A stretch of DNA of 64,000 nt from an uncultured Bacteroidales bacterium (GTDB taxonomy: Bacteria > Bacteroidota > Bacteroidia > Bacteroidales > GCA-2748055), in contig CAWELH010000007.1 in the NCBI GenBank assembly GCA_963809925.1, positions 6,133 through 70,132 of the forward strand, in the 5' to 3' direction. The first letter of the stretch is position 1. Every line of letters begins with the position of its first letter. The notes under the pieces were generated by a model. It was not told the origin of the DNA. It ran no database searches and was given only the letters and a program-made list of their open reading frames with translations. Position numbers and translations under genes: made by a program. Below, piece by piece: positions 10,523-19,952 of the stretch.

Positions 10523-12010
10523 ATGAAGAAAAAATTATTGAATAACATGAGCCGCAGGCGTTTTATCGACACTACAGCAGTTGCCGCCGCAGGCATTTAC
10601 CATCGTTCCAAGTCACACCGTATCGGGATTAGGACACATTCCACCGAGCGACAAACTGAATATCGCCGGAATTGGCGTGGGAGGGAAAGGAAAGCAGAAC
10701 CTTGCACAATATTGTTGGACAGAATATTGTCGCCCTCTGTGATGTCGACTGGGATTATGCGGGAGACGTATTTAAGACCTATCCCTCAGCCAAACAGTGG
10801 AAGGATTTCCGTAAAATGCTGGAACAACAGAAGGATATTGATGCCGTTGTGATCGCCACTCCGGACCATTCCCATGCCATCCAGGCTATGGTGGCTATGC
10901 AGCTGGGTAAACATGTCTATGTTCAGAAACCGTTGACCCATACGGTATGGGAAGCCAGGCAACTGACTGAGGCCGCCCGCAAATATAAAGTAGCCACCCA
11001 AATGGGCAATGAAGGGCATTCGCAGGAAAGTGTCAGGAAGATAACGGAACTTATCCGAAGTGGTGTCATTGGCGAGGTGAAGGAGGTATACGTTACTACG
11101 AACCGACCGATCTGGCCCCAGGGCCTGGAGCGGCCACAAGGAACAACAGAAGGTCCCCGGCTACCTGGATTGGGATCTTTTTCTGGGCACCGCACCCTAC
11201 CGCCCTTACAACGAAGCCTATCACCCATGGAGCTGGAGAGCATGGTGGGACTTTGGTACCGGTGCACTGGGCGACATGGGTTGCCATGTGATGGATGTTC
11301 CATTCTACGCCATGAAACTAAAGTACCCTGTCAGGGTCCAGGCGAGTTCAACCGTTGTAAATACTGAAAGTGCACCCCAGGCATCGCGAGTGGAGTATAC
11401 TTTCCCTGCACGTGATGGAGTGCCAGGACTGGCCATGCCGGAAATGAAACTCATCTGGAGCGATGGCGGCATCATGCCTTCAAGACCTGATGAATTACCC
11501 GACGGCGTTAAAATGGGCGACTTCGGGGGAATGAACCTCTATATCGGAACGAAAGGGAAAATCATCAGCGGATATTATGGCAACGATTACAAAGTACTGC
11601 CTTATGATTTGCATTACGCAGAACCCAAAGCAACGATCGAAAGAGTGGAAATAAGCCCTCTGGGTGGCGGATTGCATGAAATGGACTGGGTTAGGGCATG
11701 CAAGGAAGATCCGGATTCGAGGAAAGAAGCGACCTCCAACTTCGGATATGCCGGTCCGCTGACCGAGACTGTAGTCATGGGAAACCTGGCTATCCGTCTT
11801 CAGGGACTGGAACGTGAACTGGACTGGGATGGTGCGAAAATGGCAATTACCAATATCGGTCCTGATGATAAATTGAGCCTTATTACCACAAACCAGTATA
11901 AAAAAGTTGATAAACAGCCTCAGTTCAATACCGAATATCAAGAGGTGAATGCACTTGATTTTTCAAAGGAACTGGTCAGACACAAGTACCGGGAAGGCTG
12001 GGGGTGGTAG
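10523..12010 (+). pseudogene. TAT-signal Gfo/Idh/MocA family oxidoreductase disrupted by three +1 frame changes
   Basis: The TAT signal SRRRFIDTTAVAAAG is in frame 2. The Rossmann motif [17 protein letters not shown] is in frame 3 (about 10593-10707). [10 protein letters not shown]...ATPDHSHA...VYVQKPL...NEGH is in frame 1. [50 protein letters not shown] is back in frame 2 from about 11137. Confidence 0.8.
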
Positions 12011-12143
12011 CGAGCATATTCATCTGAACATTAGGATTGTAGGAACATCAGGTTTGTCTGATCAGAAGTAATAAGACAAAATTCCTGGCTGTCGCCATCG
12101 TGTTTGTTTTGGCTACCTCATCTGCAAGTGTTATGGCCGGCTC

Positions 12144-12389
12144 TCAGACCCGACACCGGAGAAGTGATATCGTTACGGAAGACGGATAAGTAATCCAAAT
12201 ACTGTCCACATTAATATCAATCAAATTTGATGATTTATTTGCAGCATATTGGTATGGAGTAAGTGAATAATACTTTTCTGTATAATTATCTATATTAAAA
12301 ACCCCCAACAACGTTGGGTCATAAAGCCGTGCCCCGTAATCGTACCAATAAATTTCCACTTCCATTATAATCATCATGAAAATTTCCAC
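12144..12389 (-). pseudogene. Rhs/YD-repeat protein fragment (RHS repeat-associated core end only)
   Basis: YWYDYGARLYDPTLLGVFNIDNYTEKYYSLTPYQYAANKSSNLIDIN matches the conserved YDYGARxYDPxxGRxxxxDPLAEKYxxxSPYxYxxNNPxxxxDP core end. There is no upstream repeat body and no toxin domain. Upstream sequence shows a YD-like stretch (FHDDYNGSGNL) in another frame. Confidence 0.65.
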
Positions 12390-12480
12390 TCATTATGATG
12401 GTAATGTCATTCATCCGGGAATTTTTTATAATGGAGCTGCAGCATACTAAGAACGTTTTTCAGGATAAAACTAAAAATCT

Positions 12481-12945
12481 TTAAATCATTGCAGCCCTGG
12501 ATCCTTTAAGGTAATCCCGGATAGATGAACTTTTTAGTAGCTTTTCTTTTTGTTCATCCTGAAGTTTGATTTCCTTATTCCCTACGATTAATGATTCAAG
12601 TGGTATCCCGAGATAACGGTTCAGTAAGGTAATCATTTTTAAGGTTAATGCTCTTTTTCCATTTAATACTTCCGACACACGTGTCTTACCCCCAAACAAA
12701 GGAGCTACATCCTGTTGCTTTAAACCCATCTGTTCCATCCTGAATTTAATGGATTCAACAGGATTCGGCGCCTCCATGTGATGATGCTCCTTTTCATACT
12801 TTTCTACAAGCAATGAAAGGATTTCAATCTCTTCACCTTCAGGACTGTCAGGTTCAATAGGATTTTCAGTGCTGTGAATCAGCTTATAAATCCGATCACA
12901 GGCAGCATTATATTCATGCTCTGTTTTCAATATTTTAGTTTTCAT
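12481..12945 (-). CDS. higA: HigA-type antitoxin (XRE helix-turn-helix)
   Basis: 154 aa. The C-terminal HTH is LKQQDVAPLFGGKTRVSEVLNGKRALTLKMITLLNRYLGIPLESL. Overlaps the upstream toxin gene by 11 nt, with the toxin-first order typical of higBA. Confidence 0.75.
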   Translation of the reverse strand: MKTKILKTEHEYNAACDRIYKLIHSTENPIEPDSPEGEEIEILSLLVEKYEKEHHHMEAPNPVESIKFRMEQMGLKQQDVAPLFGGKTRVSEVLNGKRALTLKMITLLNRYLGIPLESLIVGNKEIKLQDEQKEKLLKSSSIRDYLKGSRAAMI

Positions 12946-13246
12946 ATTGTATCTTTTTTACGTCTATTTTATCATACTCCTCGTGGGTACCCATCCACAC
13001 GATGAATACAATCTTTAATTTATATTCTATATCAACGACAAGCCGGTATTCATTGCCTCTGATAATAAAAACCACTCTCTTCGAATTGATGATACTGGCA
13101 TTCCTGTACTTTAATTTCAGTTCGTTTGCATTATTCCAGGTCGAGTGATTAACTTCATATATCCAGGCTTTTAAATGCTCTTCGGCATTTTTGTACTTGC
13201 TCAACCTGCAATAATCCGTGAGGGTTTTTTCTTTAATAATTCGCAT
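12935..13246 (-). CDS. higB: HigB-type toxin (RelE-superfamily mRNA interferase)
   Basis: 103 aa. WIYEVNHSTWNNANELKLKYRNASII...VVFIIRGNEYRLVVDIEYKLKIVFIVWMGTHEEYDKIDV matches the HigB_toxin family pattern. Confidence 0.75.
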   Translation of the reverse strand: MRIIKEKTLTDYCRLSKYKNAEEHLKAWIYEVNHSTWNNANELKLKYRNASIINSKRVVFIIRGNEYRLVVDIEYKLKIVFIVWMGTHEEYDKIDVKKIQYEN

Positions 13247-13267
13247 GTAAAGCTAAGATACTGAAAA

Positions 13268-13285
13268 GTTACCAATTTGGGTAAC
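13268..13285. promoter_or_regulatory. palindrome GTTACC-N6-GGTAAC immediately upstream of higB (candidate HigA operator)
   Basis: Perfect 6-bp inverted repeat with a 6-bp spacer, 22-39 nt upstream of the higB start codon. Autoregulated TA operons commonly carry such sites. Confidence 0.4.
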
Positions 13286-13338
13286 ATTTTGCAATTATTT
13301 CTTCCGTTTTTAAAGAAGTTTATTCGGATTGGATTTAA

Positions 13339-13473
13339 ACAGCTGGTCCAAATGCCGGAAGTGGAGAAAACAGACCGGCTTCCGATGTGTTAGCCAGGCT
13401 GGCAAATGAGCTCGATGTAACCTCAGATTATCTGATGGATGGAACAATTAAAACTGATCCATTTAGTATGTAA
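13339..13473 (+). pseudogene. C-terminal fragment of an XRE-family HTH protein
   Basis: The frame reads GSGENRPASDVLARLANELDVTSDYLMDGTIKTDPFSM*, the second half of an HTH_3 domain. There is no start codon or N-terminal helix, and a stop lies directly upstream. Confidence 0.5.
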
Positions 13474-13756
13474 ATCATAGCACTCATTCTTTCATATTGT
13501 TCTGAGTTTATGCTTGAACAACCCAATATTTAAGAAATAAGAAGAAGAATTTGAGATTTTATTAAATTGGTTATTTACGTTGACGAACGTACGATATTCT
13601 TCCACGAACGTCAGTTTTTCGTCAAAAAAACTTCATTTTTAACAAATCTAGGCCTTTAAAAGGAAACCCAGCCTCTCCTATCTTCGTTCGATGTATTGAG
13701 TCAACATGAATAACCTAAGGATTGAGAGTTAAAAGCATATCAAGCTTTTTTAGTCT

Positions 13757-16693
13757 ATGTTAAAGCTTTTTGCTGTGATAAAGAAAATACAATTTCTGCT
13801 ATCTATTGGGATTTCTATGCTGACTGTCCATTTGTCTGCGCAGGATTGCAGTATTATTGCAAAGGCCAATGATATCACCCCCGACCGCCTGTGTTCTCCA
13901 GTGACTGTAAACTGGGACGTCACTTTCCGTGGGGTAAACAACGCCGGCAGACCTGTACAGGTTAAATACGACTGGGATGACGGAAATGTGGAAGTATTCA
14001 ATGCCGTAAACATTGATCCGTCACCCGGTGTACGAGAATGGGGATATACTGCATCACATGCTTACACATCGACGGGTGACAGGTGTAATTACCATCCTGT
14101 AGCAACACTTATCGTTGACGGTCAGGTCTGTACATCCTCTTCCCAGGAACAGATCGTCACAGTTTGGGATACAGATGATCAAAATGGCGGAAAACTCTCT
14201 ATAAATCCCCCGGTCTACCCAATTTGTTTCGGAAATGCAGCAAACGTCAGGTTCCGCGACGTAACCCTGTTCAATTGCGTACCCCCTCAGGAAAATGATG
14301 TGCCAAACCTTGCTACTCGCTGGATTCAGTGGGTATATGGAACAGATATCACCATGACCGGCAGTCCTGTCACCATCAATGGGACGCCCAAAGCTTTCCC
14401 GTATTACGGGTCCATCACCACCCTGCCCGGACCGGTTACCGGATCGGGCATTTACAGTGAAATCATGAATGTGGCCAATGATAAGCTGATCGGCCAATAC
14501 TTTGAGGTCACCCTTCGGTACTGGAACTATTGTAACCCCTATGATGACCCCCTCATCCCTGGTCCGCCGGCCGATCCGGTTAATGGGGACAATGACCCGG
14601 TTACAACCACTGCCATTATCCTGATCGTTCCTTTTCCGAACGCGAAAATCGATCCTGTCAACCCGGTTTGCCTGTACGATGGAAGTTTTCATTTATCTGC
14701 AGCCGATCCCGGGGGCAGCTGGAGTGGATCTGGTATCGTGAACAGTGGAACAGGGAAGTTTAGTCCCTCCGTAGCGGGAGCCGGAAACCACATCATACGG
14801 TACGAAATTACCGATGGCAACAGCTGCAGTGACTGGGACACCGTGGTTGTATCTGTCATGAACGCACCGGATGCAACCATCGTACCTGCAGGCCCCCTAT
14901 GCGATTACCATTCAGCAATACATCTGGTGGCAGGCACTCCATCAGGCACCTGGTCAGGAACCGGGATCACGGATACCATAAACGGACAATTCGATCCTTC
15001 CATCGCCGGGCCCGGTCAGCATATCATCTCGTTCACCACACTTCCCGATCTAAATGGTTGCTTTGCAAAGGATACCATTGATATACGAGTCGATCGGCCG
15101 CCGGATGCCCAATTCCTGACTCCCGACTCCGCATGGTGCGATACCGGTGATGATGAGACCTTCGCATTAATTGGGATAGATGGCACAAACGACCTGGATT
15201 ATGATCTGATCTGGGAATTGAACGGTGAAAAAGATACGATTTTCAATATAAGCAATGACAGCATTCAGGCCAGGCTTTATAACAAGGCAGGTATGAACCA
15301 TTACATACTCCGGAAAGTGATAGAGAATTTTGATCATCATTCATGTGAAAGCGTCCTTAATGATGCATTGAATATCAGGATTGCCCCGACTCCGGCTATG
15401 AACCTAAATCTAAACACAGATGGTGTGTGCAGTCCGGTAAGTGTGTCCATCAACACCACACCGGGGAATAACTATACCTATAAGTGGAAATTTAGCGACG
15501 GAACAAGTTTCACCGGTGACTCCGCTTTTGTTGCCCATACCTTTTATAATCTCGGAACGGAGGATACTTCATATCGGATCAATCTGATCATTAAAACTCC
15601 TGAGGGATGCATTGATAGTATTCATGACGTCCTTGATGTTTATCCAAATCCAAGGGCTGATTTCTTTGTATCACCGATGATCCAGGACTTCCCTGCTACA
15701 GAGGTCATCATAAATAACTTCTCCAGTGCCGGAAACTGGAACTACCTGTGGAGGTTCGGCGACGGGAATATCGCACATGAAAAACAACCCGGCGGACATG
15801 ATTTCAAGACTGCCGGTGATTTTACGATCACGCTGAGGATGTTCAGTGAATTTTGTTCCGACAGTATCGCAAAAAAAATCCGAATCCTTCCGCCACCTCC
15901 AATGGCGGCATTTACACCGGACACCACCGGCTGCAGTCCGCTGAGTGTAAAATTCATCAATAACAGCCAGTATGCCGAAACGTATTTGTGGGATTTTGAT
16001 GACGGTAGTTTTTCAAATGAAAAAGAGCCGGTACACAGCTTCTACAACAGTAAGGACTATATCGTGAAACTTCTTGTATCAGGGGTTAAAGGAAATGCCG
16101 ATGCCAAACACCTGATCAGGGTATTCCCCAACCCGCGGGCTGATTTCAATGCCTATCCCGACTCGGCAAGCCGTACCGACCAGGTGATTAAATTTACCAA
16201 CACTTCAGAACGGGCCGTTAAGTATATGTGGGATTTCGGCGACGGTTCATTTTCGACGGATATGAATCCCAGCTATGTCTATGGAAAGGAGGGGACGTTT
16301 GATATATCGTTGTATGTGTGGAGTGAAAACTTCTGTCCCGATACCATAACACGGGAAAAGTATATTAAGGTTATCGCGGGCGAAGGAAATTTGATATTTC
16401 CTAATGTTTTCAAATGGAACGGATCGGGTCCCACCGGTGGTTACTGGTCGACCGGTGAGATCGACAACACCGTATTTCATCCTCACTTTGAAAATGTCGT
16501 GGAGTACAAATTACTCATTTATAACCGTTGGGGAGAACTAATGTATACTTCCGGCAACCTGTACAAGGGTTGGGATGGTTATGTCATGAACGGAAAGCGC
16601 GCCAAGCAGGGGGTATATGTATATAAGGCATGGGTGAAATACATTGATGGCTCCACGGAGATAAAGGCCGGAGATGTTACCTTTCTGTACTAA
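13757..16693 (+). CDS. PKD-repeat protein with T9SS type B (gliding-motility CHU_C) C-terminal sorting domain
   Basis: Repeated PKD signatures: YKWKFSDGTSF, YLWRFGDGNIAHEKQP, YLWDFDDGSFSNEKEPVHSF and YMWDFGDGSFSTDMNPSYVY. The C-terminus IFPNVFKWNGSG...LLIYNRWGELMYTS...GWDGYVMNGKRAKQGVYVYKA is a type B CTD. Confidence 0.85.
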   Translation: MLKLFAVIKKIQFLLSIGISMLTVHLSAQDCSIIAKANDITPDRLCSPVTVNWDVTFRGVNNAGRPVQVKYDWDDGNVEVFNAVNIDPSPGVREWGYTASHAYTSTGDRCNYHPVATLIVDGQVCTSSSQEQIVTVWDTDDQNGGKLSINPPVYPICFGNAANVRFRDVTLFNCVPPQENDVPNLATRWIQWVYGTDITMTGSPVTINGTPKAFPYYGSITTLPGPVTGSGIYSEIMNVANDKLIGQYFEVTLRYWNYCNPYDDPLIPGPPADPVNGDNDPVTTTAIILIVPFPNAKIDPVNPVCLYDGSFHLSAADPGGSWSGSGIVNSGTGKFSPSVAGAGNHIIRYEITDGNSCSDWDTVVVSVMNAPDATIVPAGPLCDYHSAIHLVAGTPSGTWSGTGITDTINGQFDPSIAGPGQHIISFTTLPDLNGCFAKDTIDIRVDRPPDAQFLTPDSAWCDTGDDETFALIGIDGTNDLDYDLIWELNGEKDTIFNISNDSIQARLYNKAGMNHYILRKVIENFDHHSCESVLNDALNIRIAPTPAMNLNLNTDGVCSPVSVSINTTPGNNYTYKWKFSDGTSFTGDSAFVAHTFYNLGTEDTSYRINLIIKTPEGCIDSIHDVLDVYPNPRADFFVSPMIQDFPATEVIINNFSSAGNWNYLWRFGDGNIAHEKQPGGHDFKTAGDFTITLRMFSEFCSDSIAKKIRILPPPPMAAFTPDTTGCSPLSVKFINNSQYAETYLWDFDDGSFSNEKEPVHSFYNSKDYIVKLLVSGVKGNADAKHLIRVFPNPRADFNAYPDSASRTDQVIKFTNTSERAVKYMWDFGDGSFSTDMNPSYVYGKEGTFDISLYVWSENFCPDTITREKYIKVIAGEGNLIFPNVFKWNGSGPTGGYWSTGEIDNTVFHPHFENVVEYKLLIYNRWGELMYTSGNLYKGWDGYVMNGKRAKQGVYVYKAWVKYIDGSTEIKAGDVTFLY

Positions 16694-16744
16694 TTCTCAA
16701 TGCCCGGAATCGCTACGTGGTTATTGCCGGCCTTACGTATACAA

Positions 16745-16949
16745 CCAACCACGGGCAAAACCGTGGCTATTGTTGTTCTTCCAATCACCTCCAACCACGG
16801 GCAAAACCGTGGCTATTATTGGGCTACCGCTCCGCGGTCGGGAATATGATCTAACCTGGACTTTGTGTCCTTCTTTGCCATCTGCCGGGGCATCAGTAAT
16901 ATGTATTTCTTCCCTTCGACATTCGACATTCGATATTCGATATTCGACA
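16745..16949. repeat. composite intergenic repeat, copy A (two CCACGGGCAAAACCGTGG hairpins plus a TTCGAYA heptamer run)
   Basis: About 200 bp, nearly identical to 17024-17230. The 23-bp hairpin unit sits at 16749 and 16795. The heptamer array at 16915-16949 has 5 units. Confidence 0.9.
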
Positions 16950-17023
16950 TTCATTCCCTTCTTACAACACCGGGACATTTCCCAAAAACCGCATTGTATT
17001 TATTGGCATCCTTCCAATTCCAA

Positions 17024-17249
17024 ACATCCACGGGCAAAACCGTGGCTATTGTTGTTCTTCCAATCACCTCCATCCACGGGCAAAACCGTGGCTATTATTG
17101 GGCTACCGCTCCGCGGTCGGGAATATGATCTAACCTGGATTTTGTGTCCTTCTTTGCCATCTGCCGGGGCATCAGTAATATGTATTTCTTCCCTTCGACA
17201 TTCGACATTCGACATTCGATATTCGATATTCTATATTCCATATTCTATA
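17024..17249. repeat. composite intergenic repeat, copy B
   Basis: Offset 279 bp from copy A. Hairpin units sit at 17028 and 17074. The heptamer array at 17194-17249 has 8 units (TTCGACA x3, TTCGATA x2, then TTCTATA/TTCCATA/TTCTATA). Confidence 0.9.
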
Positions 17250-17287
17250 TTCATTTACCTTCCTAACCCCATAATTCCCTATTTCCC

Positions 17288-19516
17288 TCACTTCTCCAAA
17301 TGCTTCCCCAAAAATGAGATCAGTTCCAGCACCGACCGCTCATAATACAGTCCCAGGTTATGCGGCGTGTCGGGAAGAATCATCACCTTGTGGTCAATAC
17401 CGTTGGTCTCGAGCGTCCATGAAAACTCTTTAAAAGACTCCGGGCGGTCCTTCTCACCATTTACAAGGAAGAACCCAAAATTATTCTTTTTCCATAGAGG
17501 CAAAGCATTTTCGATGGCCTGCTGCGATTGCTCGTCGTTGTTACGAATACCCCCGCCCATGCTACCTGCGGCACAGAAAAGTTCTGGATGCATAATAGCC
17601 ATGTACACCGATCCGGCACCTCCCATAGAAAAGCCGGCAACAGCACGCGAAGCCGGTTGTGGTATTGTCCTGTAGCTTTTGTCGATGAGCGGGATCAGCT
17701 CTTCGGTGATCATCGACTCAACCTCGCCCCGGTAGCCACTCATTCCGCCATTGGGGAATACACAGATTACCGGTGGCAGAGCTCCCGATGCAATTGCTTT
17801 TGACACCCATTCGGAGAATCCTGCTGCATCAGCAGATTCATTGCCGCCAGCACCATGGAGAAAATAAATGACGGGATACCGGTTTTTTGTTTTTTTCGCG
17901 TAGCCTTCCGGTGTCCATACAACATATCCAACTTCATGTCCGAGCGCTTTGCTGTCCAGAACATGATGGGTCAGACCCGGCATTTCTTTAATTTCCGGGT
18001 TTACCCACTTAATTTCCCTCCGCTGCCTTCCGTTCTGACTTCCTTCATCGGCCACCGCAAAAAAGGTTGTTACAGATCCTGCCGGCGCTCTGTAGCTGAT
18101 AACACCATTATCCACATCAAAGCTGCCAATTGCGGTATAAAGTTCTTTCTCATCCTCCGTTGATCTGTACGCTGTGAATGACGTTGCCCTGCTGCCCGAA
18201 ATTGTGATGATGACGGTTTTGTCATAATCAGGATTGATATTGGTAACAACAAAGGCATCGGTTCCTTCTGACCTTCCCCGGCCAAAAGCAATCACGGGAA
18301 TTTCACTATCGTCGGAGATGGTTCGGCACACTTCCATACCGGTCTGACCCGCTCTGGTGAGCTGCTTGTAGAAATAATATCCCCTGCGGATTGAATAGCT
18401 GCTGTCTTCATTAACGATGAATGCTGAACCCGGGTTGGGGTCGCCGCCTACCCATTCTACCGGACGTTGAATTCCTGCCCAGGGAATAATACCGTTAACC
18501 CTGGCTGAATAAATATTATCGTGCATTTCCATAATAAACTTTGTATCCATCTTACTCCAGCTTGTTGAAGTTACCCATGCATGAATGTCGGGCTTTTTCT
18601 CCCTGATCATCTCCGTTCCAAGACTATTGTGGTCACCAAACCACCTGCCGTAGTTCCCATTGTAAAATCCATGGGATGTAATCAAACCAAGATCCTTAAC
18701 AGCTTCTTCGTCGCTGGCAATAGCATCGGAGTACCCCCAGAAGGAAAAGCGATACCAGTTACTTGTTTCACCAGGAGTGACGCCGACATCGCTGAGGCCG
18801 GCTTCTCCAAGCTTATCATGCGTGAGTTTAATCATCTCAGCAACCAGCTCCGGACTGTAATATAGATTGTAATCATGTCCACTTCCGATATTCGGATCTG
18901 AGCCGTCCATTGGCCAGCGTGACCAATCCTCCCCTTCATTATGAAGTGACACATAATTCACTGGAAATTGTTCTTTCTCTCTTAAATACTTTACCCAGCT
19001 TACGAGGTAATCAGCAAGATCGTCCTTATGCTCAGGATCCAGGTCCCTTCCCCTGATCACATTCTGCAAGGTCATATATGCCGGCGGACCGTAGAGGGTG
19101 GTAATTATATTGAGATCGGCTCCCCTCTCCCTGGTTTTGGCAAGCCCTGCCCTGACAAATTCCCGCATATATTTCGTGGTGGTCTCATGGTCGTAAGCAC
19201 CACCCTCAACCGTTTGATGAAACGGATCATAAAACATTTTGACCAGGCCTACCTTCAGTCCGTCCTCACCGAAAACCATATCGATGATCTCTGATTTTTC
19301 TTTCGAATCGAGAAGGCTGAAGCCACCATATTCCTGGGGGTACGCACTATAATCGGGCGTCTGGGCCGTTTCCACATAATTAAATCCGAAACCGTCCCAT
19401 GGCCGGATCCGATTGTTAAACTCAACTTTAACGCCCACGCCTTTTATGACAGGATATTGAGCGTAGATTGCGATGGTTGCCAGGACCAGGGAAGCAGTGA
19501 GAAGAAGCTTTTTCAT
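17288..19516 (-). CDS. two-domain secreted protein: N-terminal GH30-like TIM-barrel region fused to a C-terminal esterase (alpha/beta hydrolase, esterase-D/CE1-like)
   Basis: Signal peptide. WDGFGFNYVE...GGFSLLD...GLKVGLVKM and VSLHNEGEDW resemble GH30. The C-terminal YPVIYFLHGAGGNES and GFSMGGAGS nucleophile elbow indicate an esterase. Confidence 0.6.
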   Translation of the reverse strand: MKKLLLTASLVLATIAIYAQYPVIKGVGVKVEFNNRIRPWDGFGFNYVETAQTPDYSAYPQEYGGFSLLDSKEKSEIIDMVFGEDGLKVGLVKMFYDPFHQTVEGGAYDHETTTKYMREFVRAGLAKTRERGADLNIITTLYGPPAYMTLQNVIRGRDLDPEHKDDLADYLVSWVKYLREKEQFPVNYVSLHNEGEDWSRWPMDGSDPNIGSGHDYNLYYSPELVAEMIKLTHDKLGEAGLSDVGVTPGETSNWYRFSFWGYSDAIASDEEAVKDLGLITSHGFYNGNYGRWFGDHNSLGTEMIREKKPDIHAWVTSTSWSKMDTKFIMEMHDNIYSARVNGIIPWAGIQRPVEWVGGDPNPGSAFIVNEDSSYSIRRGYYFYKQLTRAGQTGMEVCRTISDDSEIPVIAFGRGRSEGTDAFVVTNINPDYDKTVIITISGSRATSFTAYRSTEDEKELYTAIGSFDVDNGVISYRAPAGSVTTFFAVADEGSQNGRQRREIKWVNPEIKEMPGLTHHVLDSKALGHEVGYVVWTPEGYAKKTKNRYPVIYFLHGAGGNESADAAGFSEWVSKAIASGALPPVICVFPNGGMSGYRGEVESMITEELIPLIDKSYRTIPQPASRAVAGFSMGGAGSVYMAIMHPELFCAAGSMGGGIRNNDEQSQQAIENALPLWKKNNFGFFLVNGEKDRPESFKEFSWTLETNGIDHKVMILPDTPHNLGLYYERSVLELISFLGKHLEK

Positions 19517-19952
19517 ATTGTTTTAGCGTAAAGTTAGTTTGTAGCTTTTAGCTCCTCTTCATACAAAACCGACCTATACTAAATTGAAAACCGTACCTCC
19601 CTCCTGCCCTTTGTTTGTCAAACTGCAGAAGCGCCAGAATCCCGGTTGTGTCGGTGATATGAATGAGAGATAAACAAACATATAAAATACCCTGATGATT
19701 TGCAAAAGAGCTGGTGGTATCAGGAAAGGCACAATTCAAACCGTTGGCACGAGAAATCACAGAATAAGCATGAACTGATCCCGTTCTGATATATTCTTTG
19801 TGAACCGGAGATAACCTTTTCAGACTTCCCACCACTGAAGAGATTGAACCTTTGACCCAAAGTTTGGTTATCACATACTGAATCCCGATCAGGGGGTCAC
19901 AGACTGGATAGCCCTATGGAGGGCTTACTTAGTTTTAGAGTATTAAATTAAA

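Noticed and set aside
10592-11140. Programmed +1 ribosomal frameshifting in the oxidoreductase gene
   Set aside because: Three separate shifts would be needed. The junctions share no slippery or stop-codon motif, for example none of the CUU-UGA type. Decay or an assembly indel is more parsimonious.
14054-14692. Long antisense ORFs inside confident genes (14054-14692, 21698-22459, 24620-25099, 52555-53079, 63011-63592 and the many 60-150-aa ORFs in the track)
   Set aside because: These are shadow ORFs on the opposite strand or an alternative frame of genes with strong family motifs. They have no motifs of their own.
16749-17096. Possible CRISPR array, from a 23-bp hairpin repeat seen four times
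   Set aside because: There are only 2+2 copies. The spacers are themselves duplicated between the two modules, spacing is irregular (46 and 233 bp), and no cas genes lie nearby.
16674-17345. 223-aa ORF (plus 81-, 87- and 71-aa ORFs) spanning the 16.7-17.3 kb region
   Set aside because: The ORFs are translations of the duplicated hairpin/heptamer repeat. This gives internally duplicated peptide sequence, STFDIRYS low-complexity runs and no start context. I treat them as non-coding repeat DNA.
19517-19952. 435-bp gap with a 108-aa ORF (19548-19874): possible structured RNA such as RNase P RNA, tmRNA or a riboswitch
   Set aside because: I looked on both strands for GAGGAAAGTCCGG/ACAGAA-type RNase P boxes, a tmRNA 3' end, a B12 box and tRNA T-loops. 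I found none, only an AGCCCT-CCAT-AGGGCT hairpin and a weak long-range inverted repeat. The ORF has no recognisable motif. It remains unexplained and would need a covariance-model scan (Rfam/Infernal).
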